DNA of 64,000 bases from Thermodesulfobacteriota bacterium. GTDB lineage: Bacteria > Desulfobacterota_D > UBA1144 > Nemesobacterales > Nemesobacteraceae. The translations under genes were made by a program, and so were the position numbers. The stretch lies in contig OZ241855.1 in the NCBI GenBank assembly GCA_965202785.1, positions 896,001 to 960,000 on the forward strand. Reading direction: 5' to 3'. Below are positions 27,318 through 37,822 of the stretch, in pieces; positions within the stretch are counted from its first letter, which is position 1; each line of letters opens with the position of its first letter. Below the pieces are notes generated by a model that did no database searches, had not been told where the DNA came from, and saw only the letters and a program-made list of their open reading frames with translations.

Positions 27318-29822
27318 ATGATTGAGGACTACTTTACCCCCGAAGCCGCTGAATTCATCAGAGAGTCGATAACCGAGGCCCACGGAAACGAGGTTTTTTT
27401 CGTCGGCAAGGTAGACGAAGGCTCTCTGGTGTATGATGTGAAAGTCCTTGCACGCGGTAACCGCCAAGCGGTTCCGGCCATCCTTGACGCGGCGAAAACG
27501 GGGAACGTCGTTGTGCATAATCATCCCTCAGGCAACCTCGAACCTTCACCTCAGGATGTGGCAGTCGCTTCGGCTTTCGGAAACAAAGGCGTCGGTTTCT
27601 ACATAGTGGACAGTGAGGTCGAGAAGGTGTACGTAGTTGTTGAGCCTTTTGTTCCGGGGGAAACGGTACGCGTTGACAATGAATCCGCGAGGGAATATCT
27701 TCTGCCTGCGGGTCCCGTGGCCCGTGTCTTGGGAGAGAAATACGAACACAGGGACGAACAGCTGGAAGTCCTCTCAAACGTAATCGATGCATTCAACGAC
27801 GAGCACCTCTCAATGATAGAGGCCGGCACGGGAACCGGAAAAACTCTTTCCTATCTCATACCTTCCATTCTCTGGTCAATTAGCAACAATGAGAGGGTTT
27901 TGGTCTCAACAAATACCATCAATCTTCAGGAACAGCTGATAAACAAGGATCTTCCTCTCCTTCGGGATCTTTTTCCGAGGAAGTTTGATTATGCTCTCGT
28001 TAAAGGAATGAGAAACTACTTCTGTCTTCTCCGGGGCGAAGCCGTCGGGCAGGATCTTTTCGATTTTATAGACGACGGTGAAAGAGGGTCGATGAAGGAT
28101 GTGCTTGAGTGGGCCAAGACCACCGCGGACGGTTCACTTTCCGATCTTGCGTTTACACCCCCTGACGATGTATGGGACAGGGTATCTGCGGAAAGCGAAA
28201 GCTGCCCGGGGACCAAGTGCCCTCATTATTCGAGTTGCTTTTTCTTTAAGTCGCGGAGGGAGCTATCGAGGGCTTCGGTGCTGGTTGCCAACCACCACAT
28301 GCTTTTTTCCGATATTGCGATAAAAGGAACTGCGGGACCCGATTCGGATTTCGGGATAATTCCCCGCTACGCAAAGGTCGTTTTTGATGAGGCGCACAAC
28401 ATTGCCGAGGCGGCTACTTCACATTTCAGCCTGAAGCTTAGCAAGCACGGGATTGCGAGGACCCTCTCAAAGCTTCGTTCCCGGAAAAATAGGGACAAGG
28501 GGCTTGTATCATACATCTCGCACCTTGCGCAGAAAGAAAAAGATTCCGCCCTCAGGGAGGTTTTCGAGCGCTCGGGTGGCGGGCTTGCGAAGGCCGTTGA
28601 GCGTATAGAGGTTGTAAGCGAAGAGGTCTTTAATTCGCTTTACGGTTTTGGGGTGGAGCTCTCGGGTGAGACAGCGATAAGCCTGAGGCTCACAGAAGAG
28701 GTTGTGCGGCACGAGAAATGGCCTGCCGTTGAGGAGCGCTTCGGGGCACTTGAAAAATCCCTTTTTTCGCTTGAAAGGGAGATTGCCCACCTGCTGGGAG
28801 TAGTCGAGGGCTCACCGCACGCGGATTCCCACATAAAACTCACCGCTGAACTTGGTGGCATCGCCAAGAGATCCCTTGCTTTCCGCGAAGCCATAGGAAG
28901 GTTTTTTGGCGAGCAGGACGAGAGTTATATAAGGTGGTTTGAGGGGAACCGCAGAAGGGCGGCGATTTTCTGCTCCATCAACCTTTCCCCCCTTGATGTA
29001 TCCAAGGAGCTTGATGAAAAGCTCTACTCGAAGACCAAAACCGTCGTTATGACTTCCGCATCGCTTGCCGTGGATAAGAACTTCGATTTCCAGAGGAAAA
29101 ACATAGGACTTTCGGATAATGAAAGATTCAGGGGGCTTATTGTTGATTCACCGTTTGATTTCCGAACGCAGTCCTTACTGCTGGTCCCCTCGGACATGCC
29201 CGAGCCTGGGCGCGAGGACTACGAAGATTCCCTTGCGCGGATACTCTCAGACTCGATTTCTGTAACGAACGGAAATGCTCTGGTGCTTTTCACCTCCTAC
29301 TCCTCGCTTAACAGGGTTTATGAAAAGACAGGAAAAATCCTTGAGAGCATCGGGACCGTCCCGGTCAGTCTTTTCAAGCAGGGAGAAATGCCTAGGGGCC
29401 TGTTGCTTGAGAAATTCAAAACGCTTGGGAATTCGGTGCTTTTCGCAACCGACAGCTTCTGGGAAGGAGTAGACATTCCCGGGGATTCCCTGAAGATGGT
29501 CGTCATATGCAGACTTCCCTTCAAGGTCCCCACGGATCCGGTTACGGAGGCGAAAATCGAGTACATGGAAAATCAGGATATAGATTCATTCCGCGAATAC
29601 ATACTTCCCCATGCCGTACTCAGGTTCAAGCAGGGTTTCGGAAGACTCATACGCACCAAGACGGACCGCGGTGTTGTTATGGTTCTTGATAAGCGTATCG
29701 TGTCGAAGTACTACGGGAAATTCTTTATCAACTCCGTTGCGGGGAGTGACTTTTTCTGCGGAAAGACGGAGCAGATACTCGGGCGGATGCGGAATTTTTT
29801 CTCCGAGGAGCGAAAGCATTGA
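27318..29822 (+). CDS. dinG: DinG/YoaA family Fe-S helicase with N-terminal JAB/RadC-like domain
   Basis: EAGTGTGKT, DEAH, Fe-S Cys residues (NYFC, CPGTKCPHYSSC), SFWEGVD, QGFGRLIR; N-terminal HNHPSGNLEPSPQD. Confidence 0.92.
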   Translation: MIEDYFTPEAAEFIRESITEAHGNEVFFVGKVDEGSLVYDVKVLARGNRQAVPAILDAAKTGNVVVHNHPSGNLEPSPQDVAVASAFGNKGVGFYIVDSEVEKVYVVVEPFVPGETVRVDNESAREYLLPAGPVARVLGEKYEHRDEQLEVLSNVIDAFNDEHLSMIEAGTGTGKTLSYLIPSILWSISNNERVLVSTNTINLQEQLINKDLPLLRDLFPRKFDYALVKGMRNYFCLLRGEAVGQDLFDFIDDGERGSMKDVLEWAKTTADGSLSDLAFTPPDDVWDRVSAESESCPGTKCPHYSSCFFFKSRRELSRASVLVANHHMLFSDIAIKGTAGPDSDFGIIPRYAKVVFDEAHNIAEAATSHFSLKLSKHGIARTLSKLRSRKNRDKGLVSYISHLAQKEKDSALREVFERSGGGLAKAVERIEVVSEEVFNSLYGFGVELSGETAISLRLTEEVVRHEKWPAVEERFGALEKSLFSLEREIAHLLGVVEGSPHADSHIKLTAELGGIAKRSLAFREAIGRFFGEQDESYIRWFEGNRRRAAIFCSINLSPLDVSKELDEKLYSKTKTVVMTSASLAVDKNFDFQRKNIGLSDNERFRGLIVDSPFDFRTQSLLLVPSDMPEPGREDYEDSLARILSDSISVTNGNALVLFTSYSSLNRVYEKTGKILESIGTVPVSLFKQGEMPRGLLLEKFKTLGNSVLFATDSFWEGVDIPGDSLKMVVICRLPFKVPTDPVTEAKIEYMENQDIDSFREYILPHAVLRFKQGFGRLIRTKTDRGVVMVLDKRIVSKYYGKFFINSVAGSDFFCGKTEQILGRMRNFFSEERKH

Positions 29823-29831
29823 ATTTCTTAC

Positions 29832-30218
29832 ATGTATAAAGCGAAAAACGGTGAAAGGGAACGGCTGGAGAATGTTTTCAGAAGACTGGGCAGGTCCCGG
29901 TTCCGTTCTGGGTTCAGGCTGAATGCCAAGGAAACATTGTATCTCAGGCAAAAAGGCCTCCCCGAGGTGCTTTCGCACGGAAGGGATTTTCTTGAAAAAA
30001 GGCTTGCCCCCTCTCTGCCCCCTAACGACGGGAAGCAGACTCCATGGGGTGGACATCCTGTGTTTCGTGCCCAGCATGCCACGGCCACGTGCTGTCGGAG
30101 CTGCCTACTAAAATGGCACGGCATCCCTAAAAAAAGAAAGCTTACGGAACGGGAAATTGATTATATTCTTCTGGCAATTGAAATGTGGCTTTCGGCTCAG
30201 AGCAGCCCGCAGGAGTGA
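29832..30218 (+). CDS. DUF4186 family protein
   Basis: SRFRSGFRL, NDGKQTPWGGHPVFRAQHATATCCRSCLLKWHGI. Confidence 0.9.
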   Translation: MYKAKNGERERLENVFRRLGRSRFRSGFRLNAKETLYLRQKGLPEVLSHGRDFLEKRLAPSLPPNDGKQTPWGGHPVFRAQHATATCCRSCLLKWHGIPKKRKLTEREIDYILLAIEMWLSAQSSPQE

Positions 30219-30276
30219 TTTCCAAAAAAAAATTGTTTTATGTTAGAATATCGGGAGATATAAAAGATTTTATATT

Positions 30277-32418
30277 ATGGAGCCAGAAACCATGGATGAA
30301 GAGACGCCAACTCTGCCCAAGCTTGTAAAGGATGAGATCGACGAATTCGAACAGCAGATCTCTGACTACATGAACGGGAAGATAAGCGAGGTGAAATTCC
30401 AGAAGATAAGACTCCAGTTGGGAGTGTACGCACAACGCCAGGAAGGAGTCCAGATGCAGAGGATAAAGATTCCCTACGGGAAACTGAGTTCTGCTCAATT
30501 GAGAAAACTTGCGGACGTTTCAGACAAGTACGCAAGTGGCTTCTTTCACCTTACGACCCGTCAGGACACTCAGCTTTACTACGTCAACCTTGAAACAGTT
30601 CCCGACATGATGAGGGATCTTGCAAGTGCGGGGATCACAACTCGTGAAGCCTGCGGCAACACAGTAAGAAACGTCACGGCTTCCCCGATAACCGGAGCTT
30701 CGCCTACGGAAACCTTTGACGTGACTCCTTACGCCGAGGCGTTTAAGCAGTTTATGCTCCGAAACCCCATATGCCAGAACATGGGAAGGAAATTCAAGGT
30801 CTGCTTTGAGAGCAATCCGGATGTCGACAATGCGGGAATCCGCATCCATGATCTGGGTTTTCGCGCCAGGGTAAGGGAAGAGGATGGAAAGCACGGCTTT
30901 CAGGTCTACGTCGGCGGGGGGCTCGGCGCTTCGCCTTCGCTTGGACATCTCTGGACGGAGTTCATGCCGGTTGAGGAGATGATACCTTTTTCGGCTTCGG
31001 TCGTCAGGATCTTTGACAGGTACGGAGAGAGAAAGGTCAGGATGAAGGCCAGGATGAAGTTTCTTGTGAGGAAGCTCGGTTTTGAGAAGTTCAGAGAGGT
31101 AGTCGAGCAGGAAAGGGCTTCGCTTGAGGTCGATCCTTCATGGAACGACTATCTTGAGGCGATTGACCGGGAGCACGAAACTCCAAAGCCGAACGGGCAC
31201 GATCTTCCGGACACTCCTGGCTGGGTGGAGGATGACCCGGATTTTACGGAGTGGCGGCAAAAAAACGTTTCTCCGGCAGGGGTCGAGGGATATTCAATCG
31301 TTAATGTGAGGGTGCTTCTGGGGGACGTTCCGTCCGATACCGCGAGAGCGCTTGCGGACATGATAGATGCTTATGCAGACGGCTCCATAAGGATAACTAT
31401 CCAGCAGAATTTCGTGATTAGATGGGTTCCCGATCAGGTCATACCCTCGCTTTACGCCGACCTTAAGGAAGCGGACATTTCTGGTTCGGGTGCAGACACT
31501 TTCGAAGATGTAACCGCCTGCCCGGGTGCCGATACCTGCCGTCTGGGCATCACTTCGGCCAAGGGCCTTGCGACGAAGCTTACCAGCATGATGGATAACG
31601 GTCTTGGGAAATACAAGGAGACTCTCGGGGATCTCAGGATCAAAATATCCGGCTGTCCCAACGCTTGCGCTCAGCATGTTTCGGCCAGCATAGGGTTCCA
31701 GGGAGCGTCCATAACCAGAGAAGGTAGAAGCGTTCCTGCGGAGATGCTTTTCCTCGGCGGAGGACTTTACGGAGACGACTCGCGCCTTGCTATGCCGGTT
31801 ACCAAAATTCCGACCAGAAACGCTCCCAAGGTTGTCCAGAGACTGCTTGAGATATACGAGAGGGAAAAAGAAGACGGTGAACATTTTGACCTCACTATGA
31901 AAAGGCTCGGCGCCAAGTACATCAAGGAAGCGGTTTCCGAGTTCAACGAGATCCCCTCGTACGAGGATGATCCCGATTTTTACACCGACTGGGGACACGA
32001 AGAGAAAAAATTTGCTGTGCAGCAGGGAGTAAGAGGGGAGTGCGCGGGGGTTACCGTCGAGGAGAAAATCCCGGTCTTCTCAGATGCTGAGAGGCGTCTT
32101 GAGCAGGCCCAGGCTCTTTTTCTCCACGGCGACTACGAGGCATGCATAAACGAGCTTTATCTGGCATGCTCCGAGAGTGCCCATGTTCCTCTCTACACCA
32201 AGCTTATCGATCCGTTCACTCCTGAGCAGACGATATGGGAGTTTGAAAACCTTATCGTGAGAACCGGGGAGACTGATGAGAAATGGCTTGATGTCTCGCG
32301 CAAGTTCAGCGAATACAGGGGAGGAGAGGCTTCGGCGTCAAAAGCTATAGAGTTCCTTGAAGTCGCAAAGAGTTTCCACTCTGACTGCGAGAAGGTTCAG
32401 GAGCAGCTGACCGCGTAA
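30277..32418 (+). CDS. Siroheme nitrite/sulfite reductase with C-terminal extension (HEPN-like)
   Basis: GVYAQRQ, HLTTRQD, REACGNTVRN, CPGADTC and SGCPNACAQH siroheme/4Fe-4S ligands. Confidence 0.92.
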   Translation: MEPETMDEETPTLPKLVKDEIDEFEQQISDYMNGKISEVKFQKIRLQLGVYAQRQEGVQMQRIKIPYGKLSSAQLRKLADVSDKYASGFFHLTTRQDTQLYYVNLETVPDMMRDLASAGITTREACGNTVRNVTASPITGASPTETFDVTPYAEAFKQFMLRNPICQNMGRKFKVCFESNPDVDNAGIRIHDLGFRARVREEDGKHGFQVYVGGGLGASPSLGHLWTEFMPVEEMIPFSASVVRIFDRYGERKVRMKARMKFLVRKLGFEKFREVVEQERASLEVDPSWNDYLEAIDREHETPKPNGHDLPDTPGWVEDDPDFTEWRQKNVSPAGVEGYSIVNVRVLLGDVPSDTARALADMIDAYADGSIRITIQQNFVIRWVPDQVIPSLYADLKEADISGSGADTFEDVTACPGADTCRLGITSAKGLATKLTSMMDNGLGKYKETLGDLRIKISGCPNACAQHVSASIGFQGASITREGRSVPAEMLFLGGGLYGDDSRLAMPVTKIPTRNAPKVVQRLLEIYEREKEDGEHFDLTMKRLGAKYIKEAVSEFNEIPSYEDDPDFYTDWGHEEKKFAVQQGVRGECAGVTVEEKIPVFSDAERRLEQAQALFLHGDYEACINELYLACSESAHVPLYTKLIDPFTPEQTIWEFENLIVRTGETDEKWLDVSRKFSEYRGGEASASKAIEFLEVAKSFHSDCEKVQEQLTA

Positions 32419-32436
32419 GGCTGGTTCAGGTGTGGC

Positions 32437-32871
32437 TTAGTAGCCTCCGGTTATATATTTCTTAAGTGCCTCGATCTCGAATTTCTGACGGGAGATAATG
32501 TGGTTTATGATGTCGCCGCTCGTCACCATCCCGCAAAGTTTCCCATCTTCTATTACCGGAAGGTGCCTTATCTTGTTCGCCGTCATGATAGCCATACTTT
32601 CCTGAATCGGGTCGTCGGGCGAACCGTAGATCACATCCCTGATCATGAGTTCGCTTATTTTCGTGTTCGCCGATGACCTTCCCTGAAGGATAACCTTCCT
32701 CGCGTAGTCGCGCTCGGAGAATATCCCAACGACTTTTTCCCCGTCAAGCACGAGCAGAGCACCTATTTCTTTTTCCGCCATCATCTGAAGGGCTTTATAC
32801 ACGGTTTCATCCGGTCCTATCGACCATACGCTGCTGCCCTTGTGTTTAAGTATGTGTCTTAGATTTTCCAT
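32437..32871 (-). CDS. CBS domain protein
   Basis: IGALLV, GIFSERDYARKV, IRHLPV. Confidence 0.93.
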   Translation of the reverse strand: MENLRHILKHKGSSVWSIGPDETVYKALQMMAEKEIGALLVLDGEKVVGIFSERDYARKVILQGRSSANTKISELMIRDVIYGSPDDPIQESMAIMTANKIRHLPVIEDGKLCGMVTSGDIINHIISRQKFEIEALKKYITGGY

Positions 32872-33127
32872 GATGCACTCTGTCTTTTACGTTTCGCAAT
32901 CTATATTATCAAGTATATAAGTTTTTTGCGGCAAAACAAACGGCATACGCCCAGTAGGCGGGGGTGGCCGAAGCGAACTGATGGTATCGGGAACCGACAC
33001 TTGCTTTTCGTAGTTGCCTTCAGGATATTTCATCTCTTTTTTACAGTATCTGGGAATTATTCGTATAGTATTATGTCTATGTTAATTGTCGGGGTATGCG
33101 GGATGACTTTACTAACTTTTTTTCGCA

Positions 33128-33823
33128 ATGGGTAAGACCGAAGAACTTAAAAAGGCCGCGGGTATAAAAGCCGTTGACTTCGTGCGCGCGGGAATGCTTG
33201 TCGGACTCGGCACCGGGTCGACTGCGGAGTTTGCCATCGAAGAGCTCTCAAAGCGGGTAAGAGACGGCCGGCTTTCGGACATATCCTGCGTTCCAAGCTC
33301 TGAGAGAACGAAAAATTTCGCCGAAGCCATGGACCTCGATCTCGTTGAGCTCGATTCGGCAAGGAGGATTGACGTCACTATTGACGGAGCGGATGAAATC
33401 GATTCCGATTTTAACCTTATTAAAGGGGGCGGAGGCGCCCTTCTAAGGGAGAAGATTCTCGCGCAGAACAGCAAAAGAAACATAATCGTTGCTGACGAAT
33501 CGAAGCTATCGCGGCGGCTCGGAGAGCGTTTTCCCGTTCCCGTCGAGGTGCTTCAGTTTGCCCTTGAAGCTGAAAAGGGCTACCTCGAGAGTCTTGGAGG
33601 AGGGGTCCACTTGCGACTCGCTCGCGACGGTTCCCCGTTTTTGACAGATCAGGGCAATCTTATTGTCGACTGGGGTTTTGGAGAGATGGACGACCCCTCT
33701 TTTTTCGCCGACCGGTTGTCAGCAAGGGCCGGGATAGTCGAGCACGGCCTTTTCATAGGTACCGCGAACGATATCATAGTAGCTTTCTCCCGGGAAGTGA
33801 AGCACTGGCAACCAGGCTCGTAA
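33128..33823 (+). CDS. rpiA: Ribose-5-phosphate isomerase A
   Basis: GLGTGST, DGADEID, IKGGGGALLREK. Confidence 0.98.
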   Translation: MGKTEELKKAAGIKAVDFVRAGMLVGLGTGSTAEFAIEELSKRVRDGRLSDISCVPSSERTKNFAEAMDLDLVELDSARRIDVTIDGADEIDSDFNLIKGGGGALLREKILAQNSKRNIIVADESKLSRRLGERFPVPVEVLQFALEAEKGYLESLGGGVHLRLARDGSPFLTDQGNLIVDWGFGEMDDPSFFADRLSARAGIVEHGLFIGTANDIIVAFSREVKHWQPGS

Positions 33824-33898
33824 ATTTAAGTGAATTACTTAATTTATCGTGTTTTTTGCCACGAACGATTTTTTTAATCTAGTTTGCTGGGGAAAGGA

Positions 33899-35629
33899 TC
33901 AGATAAAAAAACGGGCGATTTTCCGTATGCTCTCTGAGGCGTCAGACGTAATGCCGATTCTTATAATGCCCCTTCCCATTTCGTCAAGAGACTTGAAGTC
34001 TCCCGTGGCCTGAGCCATTTTGAGTACTTGGAAAGAGAATACTGATTCCGCAGAACCGACATCATCAGGTATGCACAGATCGTTTTTGTTATCGCTTACA
34101 ATCTGAATGAAAAACCCTTCTCCGGAGTCTCCTTTGTGAAGCTGGCCCGTTGAGTGGAGAAATCTCGGGCCGAAACCCAGAGTTACGGGCACGGATGATA
34201 TGCTTTCGATCTGCGTGCGCAGGGAAAGAAGCTCTTTTGAATTTTCTTCTGCGGGGTCTACGTAGGCCTGAATCGATACGTAACCTCTTTTCTTCGAAGA
34301 GATGATATCTCTTAGCTGTCCTGGGGATTCTATTTTTCTGTTGCTGGAGAAAGCAAGCCCGTTTTTAGAAAAATCGGGTTCTTTGGATTCAAGTTTGCCC
34401 GTTTCCCTGTAGAGCTTGAGAAAATTTCTTGCAAAGGCTTTTGCGGATTCGACATCGGGCTGGTCGAAGGGATTTATTCCCATTATGCTTCCGGCAAGTG
34501 CGACGGCAAACTCAAAGCGGAAAAGTTCTGCGGCTATCTGGTCGGGACTGTCAACTACTATCTTCACGAAGGGAATCTTAGAGTCCTTGATGCGCGAGGC
34601 GACCATATCCACAGTTCTGTCTTCCCTCAGCGAAAGAAGAATGTATGCCCTGTCATCTCCGGGCCGCGGACAGTCCGAGACCTCTTCATCAAGCAGCGGA
34701 AGTATGCCGACGCCGTTTTTTCCGGTACTTTCAGCGATCAGCTGCTCCACCCAGTAGCCGAAAGGAAAAAGTTTTTCCGAAAAAACAAAACCCAGTTTAT
34801 CTCTTCCCTGTTCGGCCATGACCCCGAGAAAGGTCCCTAGGCGAAAGGAAGGACTCTCGTGGCATTTTCCTCCGACTGAGTTTTCAAGTTCAAGCAGTAC
34901 GGAAGATGCCGATTGAAGTATCTTGCGTATATCGACTCCTGCGAGGGATGCGGGAACGAGGCCGAAGTAGGAAAGCGCGCTGAATCTCCCGCCGACATTC
35001 GGATCGTTGATAAAAACCCTGCTGAAACCATGTTCGTCGGCAGTTTGGATGAGTTTTGAGCCAGGGTCCGTTATGCAGATGAAATGTTCTCCCGGGGAGC
35101 CGGTTTTTCTCGTGAGTTCTCCGTAAAAGTATTTCATGAGGGAAACGGTTTCCACGGTCGAGCCTGATTTTGAAGAAACTACAAAGAGAGTTCTCAGAAG
35201 ATCTATGCTTTCCCGGGTCTTAAGAATGAAGTCGGGATCCGTGGTATCAAGAAGAGTGAGCCGCAAAAAGCCGTCGCGGAGGGTAAATATGTTTCTGAAC
35301 ACCTCGGAGGAGAGACTTGAGCCTCCCATGCCTAAAACAACGACGTCGGTGAACCCTTTTTTTCTTATGGATTCTGAGAAGTCGTCAATTTCGTTTATTG
35401 CCGTGAGCATCTGCTTCGGAAGATGGACCCAGCCGAGGCGATTTGTGATCTCGGAAGGATTGTCTGCCCAGAGCAGATGATCGTAGTCGAAGAATCTTTC
35501 GGCAAAACGGTTTTTCTCAAGTTCGAGGAGTTGAGATTGGATTATACTTTCGTAATTGCCCGCGTATTCAGTGTAGTTTTGTGACTCGAAACTGACTTTG
35601 TTCTTAGTGGACACGGCACTAGTTACCAA
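33899..35629 (-). CDS. pgi: Glucose-6-phosphate isomerase (Tal-Pgi-type PGI domain, stand-alone)
   Basis: GMGGSSL, SSKSGSTVET, GGRFSALS, EQLIAESTGK, PFDQPDVESAK, GPRFLHSTGQLHKG. Confidence 0.88.
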   Translation of the reverse strand: MVTSAVSTKNKVSFESQNYTEYAGNYESIIQSQLLELEKNRFAERFFDYDHLLWADNPSEITNRLGWVHLPKQMLTAINEIDDFSESIRKKGFTDVVVLGMGGSSLSSEVFRNIFTLRDGFLRLTLLDTTDPDFILKTRESIDLLRTLFVVSSKSGSTVETVSLMKYFYGELTRKTGSPGEHFICITDPGSKLIQTADEHGFSRVFINDPNVGGRFSALSYFGLVPASLAGVDIRKILQSASSVLLELENSVGGKCHESPSFRLGTFLGVMAEQGRDKLGFVFSEKLFPFGYWVEQLIAESTGKNGVGILPLLDEEVSDCPRPGDDRAYILLSLREDRTVDMVASRIKDSKIPFVKIVVDSPDQIAAELFRFEFAVALAGSIMGINPFDQPDVESAKAFARNFLKLYRETGKLESKEPDFSKNGLAFSSNRKIESPGQLRDIISSKKRGYVSIQAYVDPAEENSKELLSLRTQIESISSVPVTLGFGPRFLHSTGQLHKGDSGEGFFIQIVSDNKNDLCIPDDVGSAESVFSFQVLKMAQATGDFKSLDEMGRGIIRIGITSDASESIRKIARFFI

Positions 35630-37649
35630 GCAGTTCGAGGCATTCCTTGAGGATGGTTTCCGCGTTAAACCCGAAGTTGTTCATCACGTCGCGGCTTGGT
35701 GCGGATTCTCCGAAGCAGTCTATTCCGTAGGCCTTGGCGGCAGGGCCCGGTCCCGTGAACTTTTCCCATCCGAACGTTGCTCCGGCTTCGACACTTAATC
35801 TTGTACTGACAGAAGGCGGCAGGACGCTGTCTTTGTACTTCTGGGACTGAGCTTCGAAAAGACTCCAGCACGGAAGGCTTACAACTCTTGGATTTTTCTT
35901 CATCTCGCGCAGTTTTTCATAAACTTCAAGACAGACATGAACTTCGGAACCCGTGGATATCAGTACGATGTCAGGCATGCCGTCTGAATCTGCAAGTACA
36001 TAGCCGCCCGCGAGCGCTCCCTCGGGCGCGGCGTAACGGTCCCTGTCTATTATCGGAACATTCTGTCTTGTGAGAACGAACGCGGCGGGACGGTCAGAAA
36101 GTCCCATCACGTGTTTCCAAAGAATCGCAAGCTCGTTCGCGTCGCAGGGACGGATGACATCGATGTTGGGCGTGACTCTGAGGCTTGTCAGATGCTCAAT
36201 CGGCTGATGAGTGGGTCCGTCCTCGCCTACCCCTATGCTGTCATGAGTGAAAATGTAGATCACGGGAAGTTTCATCAGGGCCGCAAGCCTTATCGAAGGT
36301 TTCATGTAATCGGCAAACACGAAATAGGTCGAGGCATAGGCTCTGAGTCCGCTGAGACACATGCCGCTTGCTATCGCGGCCATTGAATGCTCCCTGACTC
36401 CGAAATGAAAGTTTCTTCCCTCGCGGTCCTCGGCGGAAAAGCTCGTCGCACACTTAAGATAGGTTTTTGTCGAGGAGCCTACATCCGCGGCGCCGCCCAT
36501 GAACCACGGCACTTTTTCTCCTATGGCGTTAATTATGCTTGAATTCGCAGAACGGGTCGCAACCGGGTCTGCGGGATAAGGAAAAGACGGGATGTTGCTG
36601 TCCCATCCCTCAGGCAGCTTCTTTTTATCAACCATCTCAAACTCGTGAGCGAGTTCCGGGTATTCGTTTGAATACTTCCTGAAATTTTCCCTCCAAGCCG
36701 CTTCGGCATCGTTTCCTCTGGCGATCGCTCCTTCCCTGTAAGAGAGGATCTCGTCGGGAATGTGAAAGTTCCCCGGGGCATCCCACCCGTAAAATTCCTT
36801 TACCAGCCTGACTTCTTCTTCTCCAAGCGGCGCTCCGTGGGCCTCGCACGTGTTCTGCTTATTGGGGCTTCCGTACGCTATCTGGCTTTTCAATATTACA
36901 ATGGAAGGCTTATCGGTTTCGGACCGCGCGCGCGCGAGGGCTTTTTCAATTTCCCCAAGATTGTTTGCGTCCGAGACTTTTTCCACGTGCCAGTTGTAGG
37001 ATCCGAACCGCATCTCCGTGTCCTCAGAATACGCAAGCGAGGTGTTGCCCTCGATTGTTATGCTGTTGCTGTCGTATATCCAGATCAGATTTCCGAGCCC
37101 CAGATGTCCCGCTATGGATGCGGCTTCTGAGGAAATTCCTTCCATCATGTCCCCGTCGCTGCAGATGGAATACACATGATGATTTATTATGTCGTAGCCG
37201 GGACGGTTAAAGTGCTGCGAAAGCCATTTACCTGCTATTGCCATTCCAACCGAATTCGATACTCCCTGTCCCAGAGGCCCGGTCGTGGTCTCAACTCCGG
37301 CCGTGATTCCCAATTCGGGGTGACCCGGACAGCGGCTGTGGAGACTTCGGAATTTCTTTATATCGTCAATCGAGATGTCGTATCCGTTTACATAAAGGGC
37401 AGCGTAAAGAAGCATGGAAGCGTGACCGGCGGAAAGGACGAAGCGGTCGCGATTTAGCCAACTTGGGTTCTCGGGATTATGCCTTAAGAACTTGTCGAAA
37501 AGTACGAAGGTCGTGGGAGCGAGGGCCATCGGGGTTCCCGGATGGCCGGACTTCGCTTCTTCCACGGCGTCCATTGCGAGAGTTCTTATACAGTTGATTA
37601 CAAGGTTCTCCAATTTCTCATCCTCGGGGAGAAATCCGTACGCAAACAT
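35619..37649 (-). CDS. tkt: Transketolase
   Basis: SGHPG, DRFVLSAGH, TTGPLGQG, SDGDMMEG, THDSIGVGEDGPTHQPIE. Confidence 0.98.
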   Translation of the reverse strand: MFAYGFLPEDEKLENLVINCIRTLAMDAVEEAKSGHPGTPMALAPTTFVLFDKFLRHNPENPSWLNRDRFVLSAGHASMLLYAALYVNGYDISIDDIKKFRSLHSRCPGHPELGITAGVETTTGPLGQGVSNSVGMAIAGKWLSQHFNRPGYDIINHHVYSICSDGDMMEGISSEAASIAGHLGLGNLIWIYDSNSITIEGNTSLAYSEDTEMRFGSYNWHVEKVSDANNLGEIEKALARARSETDKPSIVILKSQIAYGSPNKQNTCEAHGAPLGEEEVRLVKEFYGWDAPGNFHIPDEILSYREGAIARGNDAEAAWRENFRKYSNEYPELAHEFEMVDKKKLPEGWDSNIPSFPYPADPVATRSANSSIINAIGEKVPWFMGGAADVGSSTKTYLKCATSFSAEDREGRNFHFGVREHSMAAIASGMCLSGLRAYASTYFVFADYMKPSIRLAALMKLPVIYIFTHDSIGVGEDGPTHQPIEHLTSLRVTPNIDVIRPCDANELAILWKHVMGLSDRPAAFVLTRQNVPIIDRDRYAAPEGALAGGYVLADSDGMPDIVLISTGSEVHVCLEVYEKLREMKKNPRVVSLPCWSLFEAQSQKYKDSVLPPSVSTRLSVEAGATFGWEKFTGPGPAAKAYGIDCFGESAPSRDVMNNFGFNAETILKECLELLGN

Positions 37650-37822
37650 TAAAAATCCGCGGCAGCGCGCGTCGGATTCATATGAAACGACGGCCGGGGT
37701 TTCGCTTGCGCGGGCCGTTTTTAAATTTACTTATAATAAACAATGGGGATAATATATCAACATATATCCGGAGGCGGTTTTTGAGGCATCTGTGGCTTGA
37801 AAACCGCCGTTTCCCGTGCGAA

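Noticed and set aside
32887-33033. 48-aa minus-strand sORF (MKYPEGNYEKQ...) or a structured RNA upstream of the CBS gene
   Set aside because: Weak SD, no motif, and no recognisable riboswitch consensus
33821-33846. AT-rich imperfect palindrome TAAATTTAAGT-GAATT-ACTTAATTTA
   Set aside because: Lies between convergent rpiA and pgi; most simply a weak terminator or chance
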